64,000 nt of DNA from Phoronis australis (lineage: Eukaryota; Animalia; Phoronida), in NCBI GenBank assembly GCA_002633005.1, contig NMRA01000011.1:1376555-1440554 (forward strand), written 5' to 3'. Positions 27,136 to 40,434 of the stretch are shown one piece after another. Positions within the stretch are counted from its first letter, which is position 1; every line of letters begins with the position of its first letter. The notes beneath the pieces are model-generated. The model had not been told where the DNA came from. It was given only the letters and a program-made list of their open reading frames with translations, and did not search any database. The position numbers were made by a program, and so were the translations under genes.

Positions 27136-29508
27136 AAAATTCCTCCAGAGAAGTTGAGAGCGACTTACATCAACATCTGAAACCCGTTCACTTGCTAATA
27201 AAATGTAGTGCTTTGAAATTGCGCTGATGGCCCCAAGTTGTTGGACAACTTTTATGAATAGTTCAAAAGCAGAAATCAGAAACCCAAGCTAGTGAAATTG
27301 TCCTGGTGAAGGTTATCGACTATTGTGACTCCCTGGAGAGGCTTGCATGTATTTTGTTTCCATGAATATTCAATATTTCCTCTCGGTAATGTAACCGACA
27401 ACAACCGATGCACGTGTTTGCTGCTTATTGTAGGAAAAACAATGTTAGAGTCTGCTTATTAAGTAAAGTTTTGATGACTGAGTCATGTAAAATGTAAACA
27501 TCACGTACATGTATCATAATCACCCAAAACTATCACTGGTTACTGCTTGGAGGATTAGCAACATAAAATTGAGAATTGAGGTAAAGGTGAACCTTGTTCA
27601 CCAGGTTGTACTTTTGTGCAAATATCTTAAATTTTGTCTTCTGTAATCCCTACAATATCTATATTTTCTTAAAGGTTGAAAGGTGAATAAATTTTCTAAC
27701 AAAATGTATCATTCTTATGAACTTCTCTCTATGTTTCAAGTTCATGAGATATGCGTTTTTTATTTTTTTAATTTGAACAGAGATTTTAAAAATCTTTTGT
27801 CAACATGTTGATAACGGCATTTTAGAAGGAACCGAGTCTCAGATTTTTGAAATAGGTCTTAGTTATTTTATTATTCACTAGAGCTCTTTGAGAAAAAACG
27901 GCCGTACTCTTCATTTTTGAAGGCTTCGTTCCAACAAGTAGGAGTTAGAATCGCGATTGTAACGACAGATTTATCTCAGAAGGCATCAAATACCAAGTAT
28001 TCGAAATTTCGTAGCAATCTGATCACGCATCGCCGATAAATGGATGTTTAAATATTGAAATAAACTCCTAAATCGTAATGCGAGAAATCGGCAGTGACGC
28101 AAGGCAATGATCGAGAAGCGTACATCAGTGCTGTAGTGGCGCCTACGCACCGTAAATAACGTTCAGCGCTCAAGGTGATACGGTGGGCTTTGGGCGCCTA
28201 CTTACCTCTAATTTTACTACTACAGCGCTGGCCATTCGGCATCATGTCAGAAATTTCAGGAGTTTATTGACTGGGACAGCTAGTAATTTTCACGGTTACT
28301 CAAGTAGGGTATTAATAATTTCAACAAATGATTAATATGGGTATTGCAAAACGAAGAAAAATTAGGAATTATCATTCAGTTTTAGCAACCTATTCGAGTC
28401 AGCTCGCCTGCTTAAAATCAAGTGATTAATTGTGAGTGGAGTTTGTATGTCATTTAGCTGAACTAGGTCAACACAGCTTTATCGAAAAGGGCTGGTACAA
28501 CGTGGACATAGTGTAAATAATACTGGTCAGACCTCCAAATCCTCCGATCCTCCAAATGGGACCGACTCACCATCGAACCTACGGCCGGGCATCAAATTGG
28601 ACCGCCATGACAGAAAATGGTACTGACACATCTTAAAACATGACAGCCCCACCACAAAACAGGACCGCCGGAGACTGAACATGAGTACCCCATAAAGGCA
28701 TTAGGCCATAAGGAAGTTGTAGGGCCTAGCTCAAGGGCATGAGGCTACTTTCAGCAGGCAAGGCGAATTGATGCCTTATAGAGCACGAACATCACAAATA
28801 TCAATTATCAAAAAAGTTTCATGTGTTTCAATTGCACGTTTTGCCAGAAACTTGCATTAAAAAGAGAAACTTTCACAGATTCACACACAAGTTTGCCAGT
28901 AGATGTCAGTCCACTGCCAGAGGCATCATCCAATCAGCTTCCAGCAAAACCGTAATGCTCTGAACTAACAAGATGGCTGTCCCCAGTGCTGATTTTCATT
29001 GTTGTATACACGTTGGAGGTTTTTCTGCCAATAAAGGTCTTTTGAAGTTTACTGAAACAACTTGGAGTAAAATTACTGATTGCTGCAAACAGTGGGCTGA
29101 CATTTCTTGCAAAGAAAGCTTTGTTTCTCAAACCTTTCTGCTTGTAGTCAGGAGGGAAACTCAGATGGATTATTATGTCACAAAGGTTGTTATAGGCATC
29201 TCACAAATGTTGATAAAATCACTAAAGCACAACTCAGAATGGAAAAACTGGAAAAACAGAAAGAGAAAGAGCAATTGACGAAACTCCAAGAAAATCACGG
29301 AGACTGTCAAATGCCACAACTAGTGTTCAGCTAAGTACTGTTGTAAACTGTGCTTCCGCTGAAAGATATGAGCCTCTGTTAGCCACTCCCTAACGGGCAT
29401 TTGCCTATTAGCTGAATGGTTAGCATTCTCGCTGGTTTTATGGGGGTCGCTGGTTCCATACCCGGGTCGGGTTATCTCGCCTGTTACTACAGTACTTTTA
29501 TCTTGCCC

Positions 29509-29790
29509 CACTGGCGGATCTAGGAGGGCCCGACATTTTGTCTCGAGCAATCGCGCAAAGCACGATTGCATGCGCACACTCAGCCTAAAATGTATGGGGG
29601 TTCAAATTTGTGAGGATCTGGACCTTTTGCTAAAATACAACCGGAGGACTAAAAATTTCGAGTGCCCTTGCTACATCTTGTTTAAAGCCGCATGGTCATT
29701 GAACTAGGGTTAATTGATGAATTATTTTTTGGCGGCAGCCAAGTGGTGGGGGTGGGCGGGCCCCCTGGGCCCCTCCTAAGTCCACCTATG
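29509..29790. mobile_element. Short MITE related to the 11299/42209 family
   Basis: cactggcggatctagga ... taagtccacctatg ends. Confidence 0.65.
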
Positions 29791-31189
29791 CTCCTCCAGA
29801 GTTTATCATATGTAAAAAGACAAAACGGACCACCGACAGCTTCGCTAGGAAAAGAAAAGTAGAACCGCTGTCCAAATTTGAAACCATATCTGGTGAGAAC
29901 TTTACTTGTGTTGCTTACTTAAGGGCTAAAGAAGTTGAATTCTTTTATTAACTTTTAGCTGGTCTAGCCCGTGGAAGTTACTGATTGAAAAATAACTTCA
30001 TTCATGAATGAAAACCCCAAAACTAGGTGCGATATTTACAGTTAGACTGACAATTAATTTTTACTTTTTTCTTGTTGAACATAAAAGTAACTTTGAAGAG
30101 ATTTTTTGCACTTGAATGAACACTTGAGCTCTCCTAGCTAAACTGTGTCAACCAATTTTAAATTCATGTAAGCATCATGTAACATTTTTACGGGAAACCT
30201 TGTTGTATGGCGGAAAAGTTGAAAATGACCCTGTTCTAATTGACAGAATCGGACAAAGGTCAAAGAGGTTGTATCTCGAGACGCAATGTATCACCGTTCG
30301 TGCTTCAAAATATTGACAAATTCAGTTTCTAAATAACCTGAAAATGCACCTGAAAAGGACAGCAGTTATGAGACAGTTTTCAACACGTTTTGCCAAGATG
30401 TTATGGAGAAACGGTTGATTTTTCGTGGTAGTGTTGCGCTTGGCTATTCTGAACGCGTTTTCGAAGAAAGGCTTCAGCAGTCCAACTCATCAAAGTTGTA
30501 AAAAGTGGAAACCTAAAGACAAAACTAAAGAGACTGTATCCCCAACTGTAAGTTTATAGACCCCGGCACAATGAGAGGAAATTGTCCTGGCTTGCAATGA
30601 GCCTCTGGCAGGGTATTACGTGTCAGATAGTGAATCCGATGAGAATGGGTGGTCAGTGGATGGAGCTGGTGTCCAGCCTGTTTGTACAACAATGTCGTCT
30701 GCTCCACCCAACGTGTTAGTGCTTAAATGCAGGACTCTCCTGCTCAGAATTGTGTGACTGTAAGGACTGTAGTAATATGGCCAGTTGTGTAAACAAAGAA
30801 GAGTCATCCAGTGATGAAGAAGATGATTAGGAGTGGATAAACTTTTCAATGTTTTATTGTTTTTCGTTTTTACTTTTTTACTTGTGTGGTTTCATTTATT
30901 CATTGATTAATGTATTATTTACAATTACAGTAACCCCGTCAGTTCATACTGCTTTCCATGGGGGCCCTCAGTAAAAACATACAAAGACTGTGAGACAAAG
31001 AAGCAGAATTACAAATTAAAAGACAACATTTAAATGATCACTGATCAATATGAAACTAACATGTAAAGACTGATGAAACAAAATAAACAATGAAAACAAT
31101 AAACAGAAGATACCAAAAGTAAGTGTGAGACGCAGCAAAGCAACTGGGCTCGAGGTGAACAGAATGAAAATGTTTATAAATGGAACGAG

Positions 31190-33572
31190 GGGTTGAGCCT
31201 ACGATATGCAGAAAACTGGTCGAGCCCGGAGGTGAATCAGTTGCTCGCTGACGTACAGCGTCATTTACCCTCGACCATAGATTCAAGTGTGGAAAGTTTA
31301 AAGGAAGCCATTAAATTAATATGTGCTGCAGACATGTTAAAACCAAAAGTGAACATATCTTATAACCCAGTTAGTTTTCCCAAATGGTTTGACGCTGATT
31401 GTAGGCAGATGAGAGCTGTCGCTAGGCAAAAACTAAGTAATTTTAGATTCAGTATTGGAACACCGAGAGAAAACATTTGCCGAACTCTATATGTACAAGC
31501 TAGAAGGGATTATGGAAACTTAAAAATGTGAAACAGATAGAGTGTAACAGAAAACAGTGCAAAACTTTGAAATCAGCTGTGGAGAGTAGACAGTAAAAAA
31601 TTCTGGCGCGCATTTAATACTAAGAAGAAAGGTATATCGACGAACATTAAACCGGAGGAATGGATAAATTATTTCAGCTCTCTGTTCGAACGCCACTATT
31701 TTGTTACTAATCCGGAGTTCGCTGAGTTTCTTGCTTTTATTAAGAACTCAGTAAAAAATGACAACAATTCAAGCAATACAGTTGTTGATATGGAGCTGGA
31801 CGCTGAAATCACAAAAGACGAAATTATATAAACCATCGGTAGTATGAAAGACGAAACTTCGCCAGGATGTGATAAAATTAGCATTGAGTTCTACAAATAT
31901 GCTGATAAAAAGTTGGTAGATTCGCTGTTCCAGCTATACAACTACATTTTTAAAAATGGTGTGTTTCCAAAAGAATGGACAAAATCCATTATAGTAACAG
32001 TATTTAAGGGCGGTACCATTGCTATGAATGGCAGTACGATATGACGGAAAATGTTAATAAACCGTGCTGGGTTAATGATGTTAAGAAATTGCTATTTCAG
32101 TTTGGATTTGGAGAAGCATGGTATAATCAGGGTGTAGGTTCCGAGACAAGCTTCATATCACTTTTTAAACAAAGATGCAAAGATATTGATCAGCAAAAAT
32201 GGCAAGATATTTTGAACAATTCGATTAAGCTGGAAACTTACAGAGCTTTTAAGTTAAATGTATGTTTTGAAAAATATTTAGATGTAATTGACAATGTAAA
32301 TGTTACATCTGATATGATAAGATTAAGATGTTCAGCGCATGCACTAATGACTGATTCAATCATTAGTGCATTCTGTTCTGCTAAGTTTCAAGTGTCTACC
32401 CTTTTCAGAAAAGGGTAGACACTTGAAACTTAGCAGAACAGAATGGTTATGCCCTCTCTGCNTATCGACGAACATTAAACCGGAGGAATGGATAAATTAT
32501 TTCAGCTCTCTGTTCGAACGCCACTATTTTGTTACTAATCCGGAGTTCGCTGAGTTTCTTGCTTTTATTAAGAACTCAGTAAAAAATGACAACAATTCAA
32601 GCAATACAGTTGTTGATATGGAGCTGGACGCTGAAATCACAAAAGACGAAATTATATAAACCATCGGTAGTATGAAAGACGAAACTTCGCCAGGATGTGA
32701 CAAAATTAGCATTGAGTTCTACAAGTATGCTGATAAAAAGTTGGTAGATTCGCTGTTCCAGCTATACAACTACATTTTTAAAAATGGCGTGTTTCCAAAA
32801 GAATGGACAAAATCCATTATAGTACCAGTATTTAAGGGCGGTACCATTGCTGTGAATGGCAGTACGATATGACGGAAAATGTTAATAAACCGTGCTGGGT
32901 TAATGATGTTAAGAAATTGCTATTTCAGTTTGGATTTGGAGAAGCATGGTATAATCAGGGTGTACGTTCCGAGACAAGCTTCATATCACTTTTTAAACAA
33001 AAATGCAAAGATATTGATCAGCAAAAATGGCAAGATATTTTGAACAATTCGATTAAGCTGGAAACTTACAGAGCTTTTAAGTTAAATATATGTTTTGAAA
33101 AATATTTATATGTAATTGACAATGTAAATGTTACATCTGATATGATAAGATTAAGATGTTCAGCGCATGCACTAATGATTGATTCAATCATTAGTGCATT
33201 CTGTTCTGCTAAGTTTCAAGTGTCTACCCTTTTCAGAAAAGGGTAGACACTTGAAACTTAGCAGAACAGAATGGTTATGCCCTCTCTGCATTAGGACTTA
33301 TGCCGAGTCAGAATATCATTTTGTTATCGAATGCCCATTCTACGATGACCATAGGAAACGATATTTGCCTGCATGGAGCTACAACAATCCCAATGTTACA
33401 AAATTCAACTGACTCCTGATTATGGAGGAAAAAGATCTTATATGGTTAACATGTAAATATGTTCATTTCGCATTCAAGCGAAGAAGAATTCGGTTTACTT
33501 CTAGTGTTTGACACTTACCTTTATTGTATTTGATGATTTGATTGTAACAAGGGCCGGAGGCCTAGTTATTGA

Positions 33573-33575
<3 letters not shown>
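31190..33575 (+). mobile_element. Internally deleted LINE (CR1/L2 group, Daphne-like) with an apparent 828-bp tandem duplication
   Basis: PKWFDADC, SPGCDKISIEFYK and FPKEWTKSIIVPVFKGG are fused to the C-terminal WVNDVKKLL...FGFG..W, RLRCSAH and CPLC....ESEYHFVIECP zinc knuckle; followed by (TA)n. Confidence 0.88.
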
Positions 33576-33635
<60 letters not shown>

Positions 33636-33738
33636 TGTTTATATGTTAGTAAGACAGCATGATTGAATAAAATTATTTAACAGACAATAAATAATAGTTT
33701 ATGAAAGTAAGATATTGTATATATGTATACATATATTG

Positions 33739-33785
<47 letters not shown>

Positions 33786-33802
33786 CATATAGATATATAT
33801 AT
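33572..33802. repeat. (TA)n/(CA)n microsatellite block; paralogous block at ~40304-40470
   Basis: Visible runs; shared spacer ttagtaagacagcatgattgaataaaattattt. Confidence 0.9.
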
Positions 33803-34671
33803 AGATTATTACATGGCGAAGTCGTTATCCCCCGTTATCTAGAGCCCGAGTGAATTTTGGAGAATTATCGCCCGAGGGGCGTCAGCCCCAAGGGTGATAA
33901 TTCTACAAAATCCACGAGGGCTCTAGATAAGGGGGATAACGACTGAGAACATGTAATAATCTATTTATACCACATACTAAACGAGAAACATTGTAATGAA
34001 TCGATCTACCTTTCTCGACTCGCCTCGGCTTTGTAACTACTTTCTATGTCAGAGGCCCGGGGTCGGAGGTCGTGACCTTTTAAGAAAAGCCGAGCTATTT
34101 TTGTCAAATAATGCTTATACTCAAAACCAATTGGAAATTAAAACAAAATAGAAATGAAGTGAATCTCTAAATTAAGGTTAAGCAACTATTATAGCTTAAA
34201 ACACGTTTTTACTCGCTAAGCTTCGACCGGGAAATTATCGTCTGCTAAAGTAGGTTACCACTGGTAACTGAATATAATTCTCAAGTCAAAGATCCTGACG
34301 ACACGATACCCGCATTCAAACTGGAGATCGGTGATTTACAAGTAAGAGGACATGAGAGAAAAATTTCACTGAATTAAGATATCATTTTTATGGAAATTAT
34401 GTGTCTTATTTTTCGTAGCGTATAAGTACAGTACAATGCGGTTTGTTGAACGTGCGATTATTGCGCGTGCTCATTTAAGTATTCTATTTTCACTCTTGAT
34501 GACGTCAGTCGCTGCGTGGTGTAGTGGTTAAAGTCGGCGATCAGCAATACCAAGGTCCCGGGTTCGACTCCGTCCTCGGTTTCCCGCCAAATCGTTATCT
34601 CACTAGTGAGATAACTTTATGGGTTATTACACGGTTTTATCTGCCATTTGACACTAATATTGTGGTATAAA
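33801..34671. mobile_element. Crypton-like non-autonomous element with terminal palindrome
   Basis: Imperfect palindrome at 33801-33964; inverted tttataccaca / tgtggtataaa; the element is absent from the paralogous site at ~40450. Confidence 0.65.
34509..34580 (+). pseudogene. tRNA-derived relic or SINE head (Pol III A and B boxes)
   Basis: TGGTGTAGTGG and GGTTCGACTCC with tRNA-like spacing; acceptor and anticodon stems do not pair. Confidence 0.65.
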
Positions 34672-37007
34672 CATAGTAAACACAAAACACGTTTATTCCA
34701 CTAATTTATCAGTTATTTAGCATGATCCGTTTTTATTCCCAATTTGTAGCTCAGTCTTGGAAAAAATGATCGTTCCACATCTTGCCAACAGGTAGCACAT
34801 TTTTCTCTCAAATTCATTCTTTTAAGTTTTTAAAGTAATTACAAATATCTCGAAAATGTGCAAGTGTATGACAAAAAACTTTTTTCCATGTCAAAGTTTT
34901 GGGATAGATAATATCAAAAACATTGAAGCAAAAACGCCACCTAAAAGTAGACGCGGAACTTAATTCATAAGCCTCCTTCACCTTATGGTCTACATTGGAA
35001 ACTACATTTTGTCCGCCGGTCATCTTCAGTCTCCGGCGGTCCTGTTTTGTGGTGGGGCAGTCATGTTTTTAGGTGCGCCGGCCCCATTTTCTGGTGGAGC
35101 GGTCCCATTTGATGACCATAGGTCATGTTTTGTGGTGAGTCGGTCTGATGTGGAGGACCGGCGTTTTTTTGCGTCCGGCGGTCATGTTGTTTCTCACCCG
35201 TGAGTAAAATACACGACAGAAATCATTGAGAGATTTCGAAGCGAAATACTGAGAGAACTACCCTGCGAGAATGTTCCCGAAATGATCGACCTGGTGTAAG
35301 ATTTAGCCATGATTTATATTGCTGCTTAAAACCACCTTCACATTGCGAAATAAAACTATAACAATGCTCTTGTTTTCCTTCCTATACAAATCAAGCTCGC
35401 AACTCTGATCTTTCATTAACTTTATCGGAGACATTCGCGGGTCTGATTTTATATAATTGTAATTCACTGGGCCGGTCTTACCGGAGACCGAAGTATTACT
35501 GAGGTTACTAACCGAGTACAGTATCACAGTTTTCCTGGATCCCTGGCTCCGGATTTTTTTAAGTGTGAAATACACTGCGAAGCCGAATGCATGCATCATT
35601 CAGCGAGTTCACTGATGCAATAAATCTTAGCCTCTGCCTATTATGCGTGTAAATATAAGGTGGCGCTCACTAGTTATATCGAGCCACAGTCGAATTTCAC
35701 CCCCTGGCGCCCGGCCTGCTGGATTAGCTGGATATTTTGAGATTTAGTGTAAGTGTGGTGGCTATGAATGTTCTTTGTTCATTTTTTGACCTCTTTTGAA
35801 AAAATCCAGGTTGTTGCCCCCTTGACCAATATTTTTCTTGCAAACGTAGCTGCTCGTAAACACTCTACCACTTGCTGTATGCAAGGCAAGTTTCGGCTGG
35901 AAATTCAGATACGCATCAGGCGCTTTTCAAGTCAGCGAAAAACGGACAAATCGACACTCACTTTTTTCCCAATTTTTGAAATCTGGAGTGTTTTGGCATT
36001 TTGAGTGTCGTCTGCTAGTGCTTAGTAGTTGCATGCGAGTAGTGGTTTTTGGGTTGAAAACTGGCAATTTTGTGAATAATTTTTGCTCGTTTGTTTGGCA
36101 AAAAATGCACATTGAATGCAAGTTTTTTAGGATGTACTGGCAAGCATTATGTGTGCTCAGTACCTGCATATGTTTTATATTTTGCGGTTCACCCTGCCTG
36201 AGGAGGCCACAATGAGGAAAAACTTTTTGTGTGCCACCTAAACTCTCTTCGGATTACGACGTTGCTTATATTTTTTTGTATATTTCAGATTCTATTCACA
36301 AAACCTGTGAAAGAATGTTGACTTTACAATAATGGCGGTAACCTTAAAAGGTTCGGAAGTGCTCGGCCGACCGCGGAAATTACCAAAAGTGTAATTGGGT
36401 CATTGGGCGGAGCCGAATCATCGACAGAAATAGAAGAGATACGACGGAGGAAAGTGGTTGGTGAAAAACCAATAAAAAGCGTGTCTTTGAATTTAGTTCG
36501 ATTTCTCAAAAAGACTTAATCAAAGTTAAGATATTAAAGGAGCCATTTATGAAAAAACATACCTTTTGTAAATTTTTGTTAATAATTTGTTCACATGTGC
36601 TATAATTACATTTTTTGTTTTATTGCACATGCTGTTTAGCTAGGTGCTTTTTATTACTTGCTTTACAGGTACGCCGCCCGAGTTTTCGGATTTTGGTAAA
36701 AAAATCTTACATCTGTTTTTAGTTTTGAAGACCCCTGTTTTTTAAAGAAAGTACTGCGGGTGTAAAAATAACAGCGGAGTTTTCAGTAAAACGCTGAAAC
36801 TGCGACTTAAAAGTCCGTCGCATAAGACTACTAATCTTTTTGTATTTTTTGTTTTCCCTCCCTTGGTTTTTGTCAAAAATACCCAAACCAATAACGAAAT
36901 ATACTAACCCTAGTAGTGATAACAGTCACTTTTGTACAATTCTTTTTAAAATAAGTAGAAACGTACTGATTTCTCAGGTGGACATTTGACCCTCATGCGC
37001 ATGTTAA

Positions 37008-37223
37008 ACGATATTGCAGCGGTCAAAAATCCATTGCTATACTACTTACCTAACCTGTTAAGGCTTCCAGAAATGGACTGAATTCTCACCGAACGCCTGC
37101 TGGTTTATATAACTCACAAATCATTGGATCGCTGCATAACAATAAAGACGTCAGCACCAGCACCTTTGTAATCCACGCATGACGTCACACATGCTTTCGG
37201 GGCAGCTGGGGGGGGGGGGTGCA
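37008..37223. repeat. ~215-bp near-identical direct repeat, partner 40481-40700
   Basis: Both copies end in a poly-G run followed by N. Confidence 0.9.
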
Positions 37224-37740
37224 NNNNNNNNNNNNNNNNNNNNNNNNNNNNNNNNNNNNNNNNNNNNNNNNNNNNNNNNNNNNNNNNNNNNNNNNNNNNN
37301 NNNNNNNNNNNNNNNNNNNNNNNNNNNNNNNNNNNNNNNNNNNNNNNNNNNNNNNNNNNNNNNNNNNNNNNNNNNNNNNNNNNNNNNNNNNNNNNNNNNN
37401 NNNNNNNNNNNNNNNNNNNNNNNNNNNNNNNNNNNNNNNNNNNNNNNNNNNNNNNNNNNNNNNNNNNNNNNNNNNNNNNNNNNNNNNNNNNNNNNNNNNN
37501 NNNNNNNNNNNNNNNNNNNNNNNNNNNNNNNNNNNNNNNNNNNNNNNNNNNNNNNNNNNNNNNNNNNNNNNNNNNNNNNNNNNNNNNNNNNNNNNNNNNN
37601 NNNNNNNNNNNNNNNNNNNNNNNNNNNNNNNNNNNNNNNNNNNNNNNNNNNNNNNNNNNNNNNNNNNNNNNNNNNNNNNNNNNNNNNNNNNNNNNNNNNN
37701 NNNNNNNNNNNNNNNNNNNNNNNNNNNNNNNNNNNNNNNN
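37224..37740. other. Assembly gap
   Basis: N run. Confidence 1.
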
Positions 37741-40398
37741 AGTTGCAAGAAATACCTTTCAGACGATCTATCAGAGTAAATTCATGGTTATTTTTGCAGA
37801 ACTGAACACCTTGTGACGAAAACGGCACTCCCTCACTTCTTCATCTGAAACAAATTATAAATGCAGTGATCTATCCAGCACCTTTACATTTGCATTCATT
37901 TGTTTGGCTTATTTAAAGCTGTCTTCTAAATTTCCATTAACATGAGTTTGAAAGTTTTTAAGTAGTTCTGCTACATTAAATGGTTCACCTAGTTAACAAT
38001 AAATATGTTAGGAAGCCAACTGCTGCAAATAACGAATTGTGCAATGTTTTACAATGCTAGTTGATTAAGTCTGAAAAACAGGCTGTATGCTACCGGAACA
38101 AGAATCAAAATGACTCTGTAGTTACCTTATGAAATTAAAAAATCAAAGTAGTGATTCATTATGACCTCGCACTCACGAGTTTAAAAAAATAAAATTACAG
38201 AAACTTTGCGAAAATTTGTAGAATCTGCGAAAATGTTAATGTATATTTCCCAAAATACTTTATTTATTTGAAACTCATTCCACCTTCATAACTCACCCAC
38301 GTGAAGTTGCATGTTTCCATACTCTGAGAAAACAAGCACCAAATTCTACCTTCATCTGTATCATTGTCACTGGAACTGAATGGAGTGACAACATTCTCAT
38401 CTGAGAAACACATCAAAACTGTCAATAGAAATGAAATGCTCTCTATAGTCCAATGGGTGTATAGTTCGAAAACAATGGGATCTATAGTCCGAAAAGTCAA
38501 TAGTCGGAACAGAAAACTAGCTAATAGTTTTTCACATTATTCCGTAATCTACAGAATTAAATGTCTTCAGGATTTCAGATAATTTTACATCATAGTCTCC
38601 ATCTTTCAAAATTCCGTAAAGCTCTGTAAAGCAGGCAAAGCTCTCTTTCTTGAAATTGTGGTCATTCAACGAACAATAACCTGAACAAGCTAAGAACATT
38701 TACATGTATTCTTGGTAACTACCGAGTTCGTAACGCAAGATAAAATTTCCCTCACTTCTTCAGACTATTGACCAGTCGAGCCACAGAACCTTTAGACCAA
38801 CCATCCCGTAATCATGGAGTCTTTTAAGCAGACGTCAAAGTTACTAAGAGAATTCAAAGATATTTTAGGTATTTTTTCACATGGTCTGGTCTGGTGTTTG
38901 TGCCGTCCTTTTAATGACAACAGAAAATATATTTAGTGAATACACATTCTAGGCACATAGTTAGTAAAGATTTGAGAACCTGTATAATTTGGCAACTCAC
39001 ACAAAATAACTTCAGGAAATTATTTTACCCTGGAATTTCCCACTGAGATCTGGTTTTCAGTCACTGATTTCAAAGGCTTCATTTAAGGGTTGAAAAAGAT
39101 CTAAGGTTGATACTAGACCTCTCACATTGAATAAATGTGAAAACTTGAACTCTTTCATGCTTCATTAAGAAGATACTCACATTTAAAGAACTGGGCAAAC
39201 ATCACAGCATATCTATACCTTTGGTCGCTAATTTTTCATGTTTGTTTGAAGTGTAAAATATTCTTTAAGGAAAAGTTTGTGCTTGACATTTAGGATTGAA
39301 CCAGACCAAACTGCAAAAGTTTTATGAGTGATTTGACTCAATGCCTCACGATATGCTTTAGTGTAAATGCTTCTTATTAAAATTTGTTATATGTATAGTT
39401 ATTGCTTATCCATTTGATACAGGGATTCCATCTTAGAGGGTCTTTTGTAGCGTTCCAGTCCACAAAATGGACGAATTTCGTAGGAAAATCACTAATGAAA
39501 GGGCACCCATTTAATTGTACGGAATTCTCTTAGAAAAGGTACCATATCGCAGTGAATCTGGAAAATCTTACGAAGTGCAATTATTCTCAGCGATACAAAG
39601 CAAAGAAATCTACAACTCTCTGGAATTCTTATAGTAAAAGAGATTCTTCAGCTCATAATAAAGGGGTGGTTAGATTTTGAAATATTTTTAGGAGGGACAT
39701 ATGCGAGTATTTGACCGCATCTTCTGCATTAGAAATTGTTTGTAGGACCCTGCCAAATACATGTCAGCCATGATTATGCCAGTCTAATACATGAATTTGC
39801 AATAACTTAAATAATCAAAATATTAACTTAAGAAATTTGAAAGACTTACCATAGACTTGGATCTTGAATGTACCATCTTCTACTCAAACATACTCATTTC
39901 AGATAAAACGAATTAAAACTTGTCTCAACTCAAACTCTGAAACGGATGTTCAACTCCAACTCTATAACACTAAAATCAAAACCTCAGAGGCTTGTTACAG
40001 TGGAAGGTCAACTAAGTTAATGGGCATTACATAACACTGCACCAATGTAGGTCACATATGGCTCCTGGAGCAGGGCACTCATTAACAGTGACATCTTTTG
40101 GGAGGGCCTGATCAGAGTTATATATAGGATGTCCTTATGAAACCAAGTTGTTGAGAGAATACACGTGGAGACACTGTGCATACCAAATAACAGTTTCTGA
40201 TAGGTCTGAAATTGTGGGGCATTATATATAAACCACAATTTTTTGCAACCCCACAGCAAAGGTCTCATACATAAAAATGCCCCGGATCTGTATAGTTCTC
40301 TTAGTATATATATATATGTTTATATATTAGTAAGACAGCATGATTGAATAAAATTATTTAATAGACAAACAATAAATAATAGTTTATGAAAGTAAGAT

Positions 40399-40434
<36 letters not shown>

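Larger units (their letters stand above)
28530..35201 (+). mobile_element. Large DNA-transposon relic with ~150-bp inverted arms and Academ-type transposase remnants
   Basis: 28545-28685 is the reverse complement of 35018-35158. Internal remnants include LCHKGCYRHLTN (~29170-29210) and EVVSRDAMYHRSCFK...NLKTKLKRLYPQL (~30264-30548). Confidence 0.6.

Noticed and set aside
34509-34580. Functional tRNA gene
   Set aside because: Acceptor and anticodon stems do not pair
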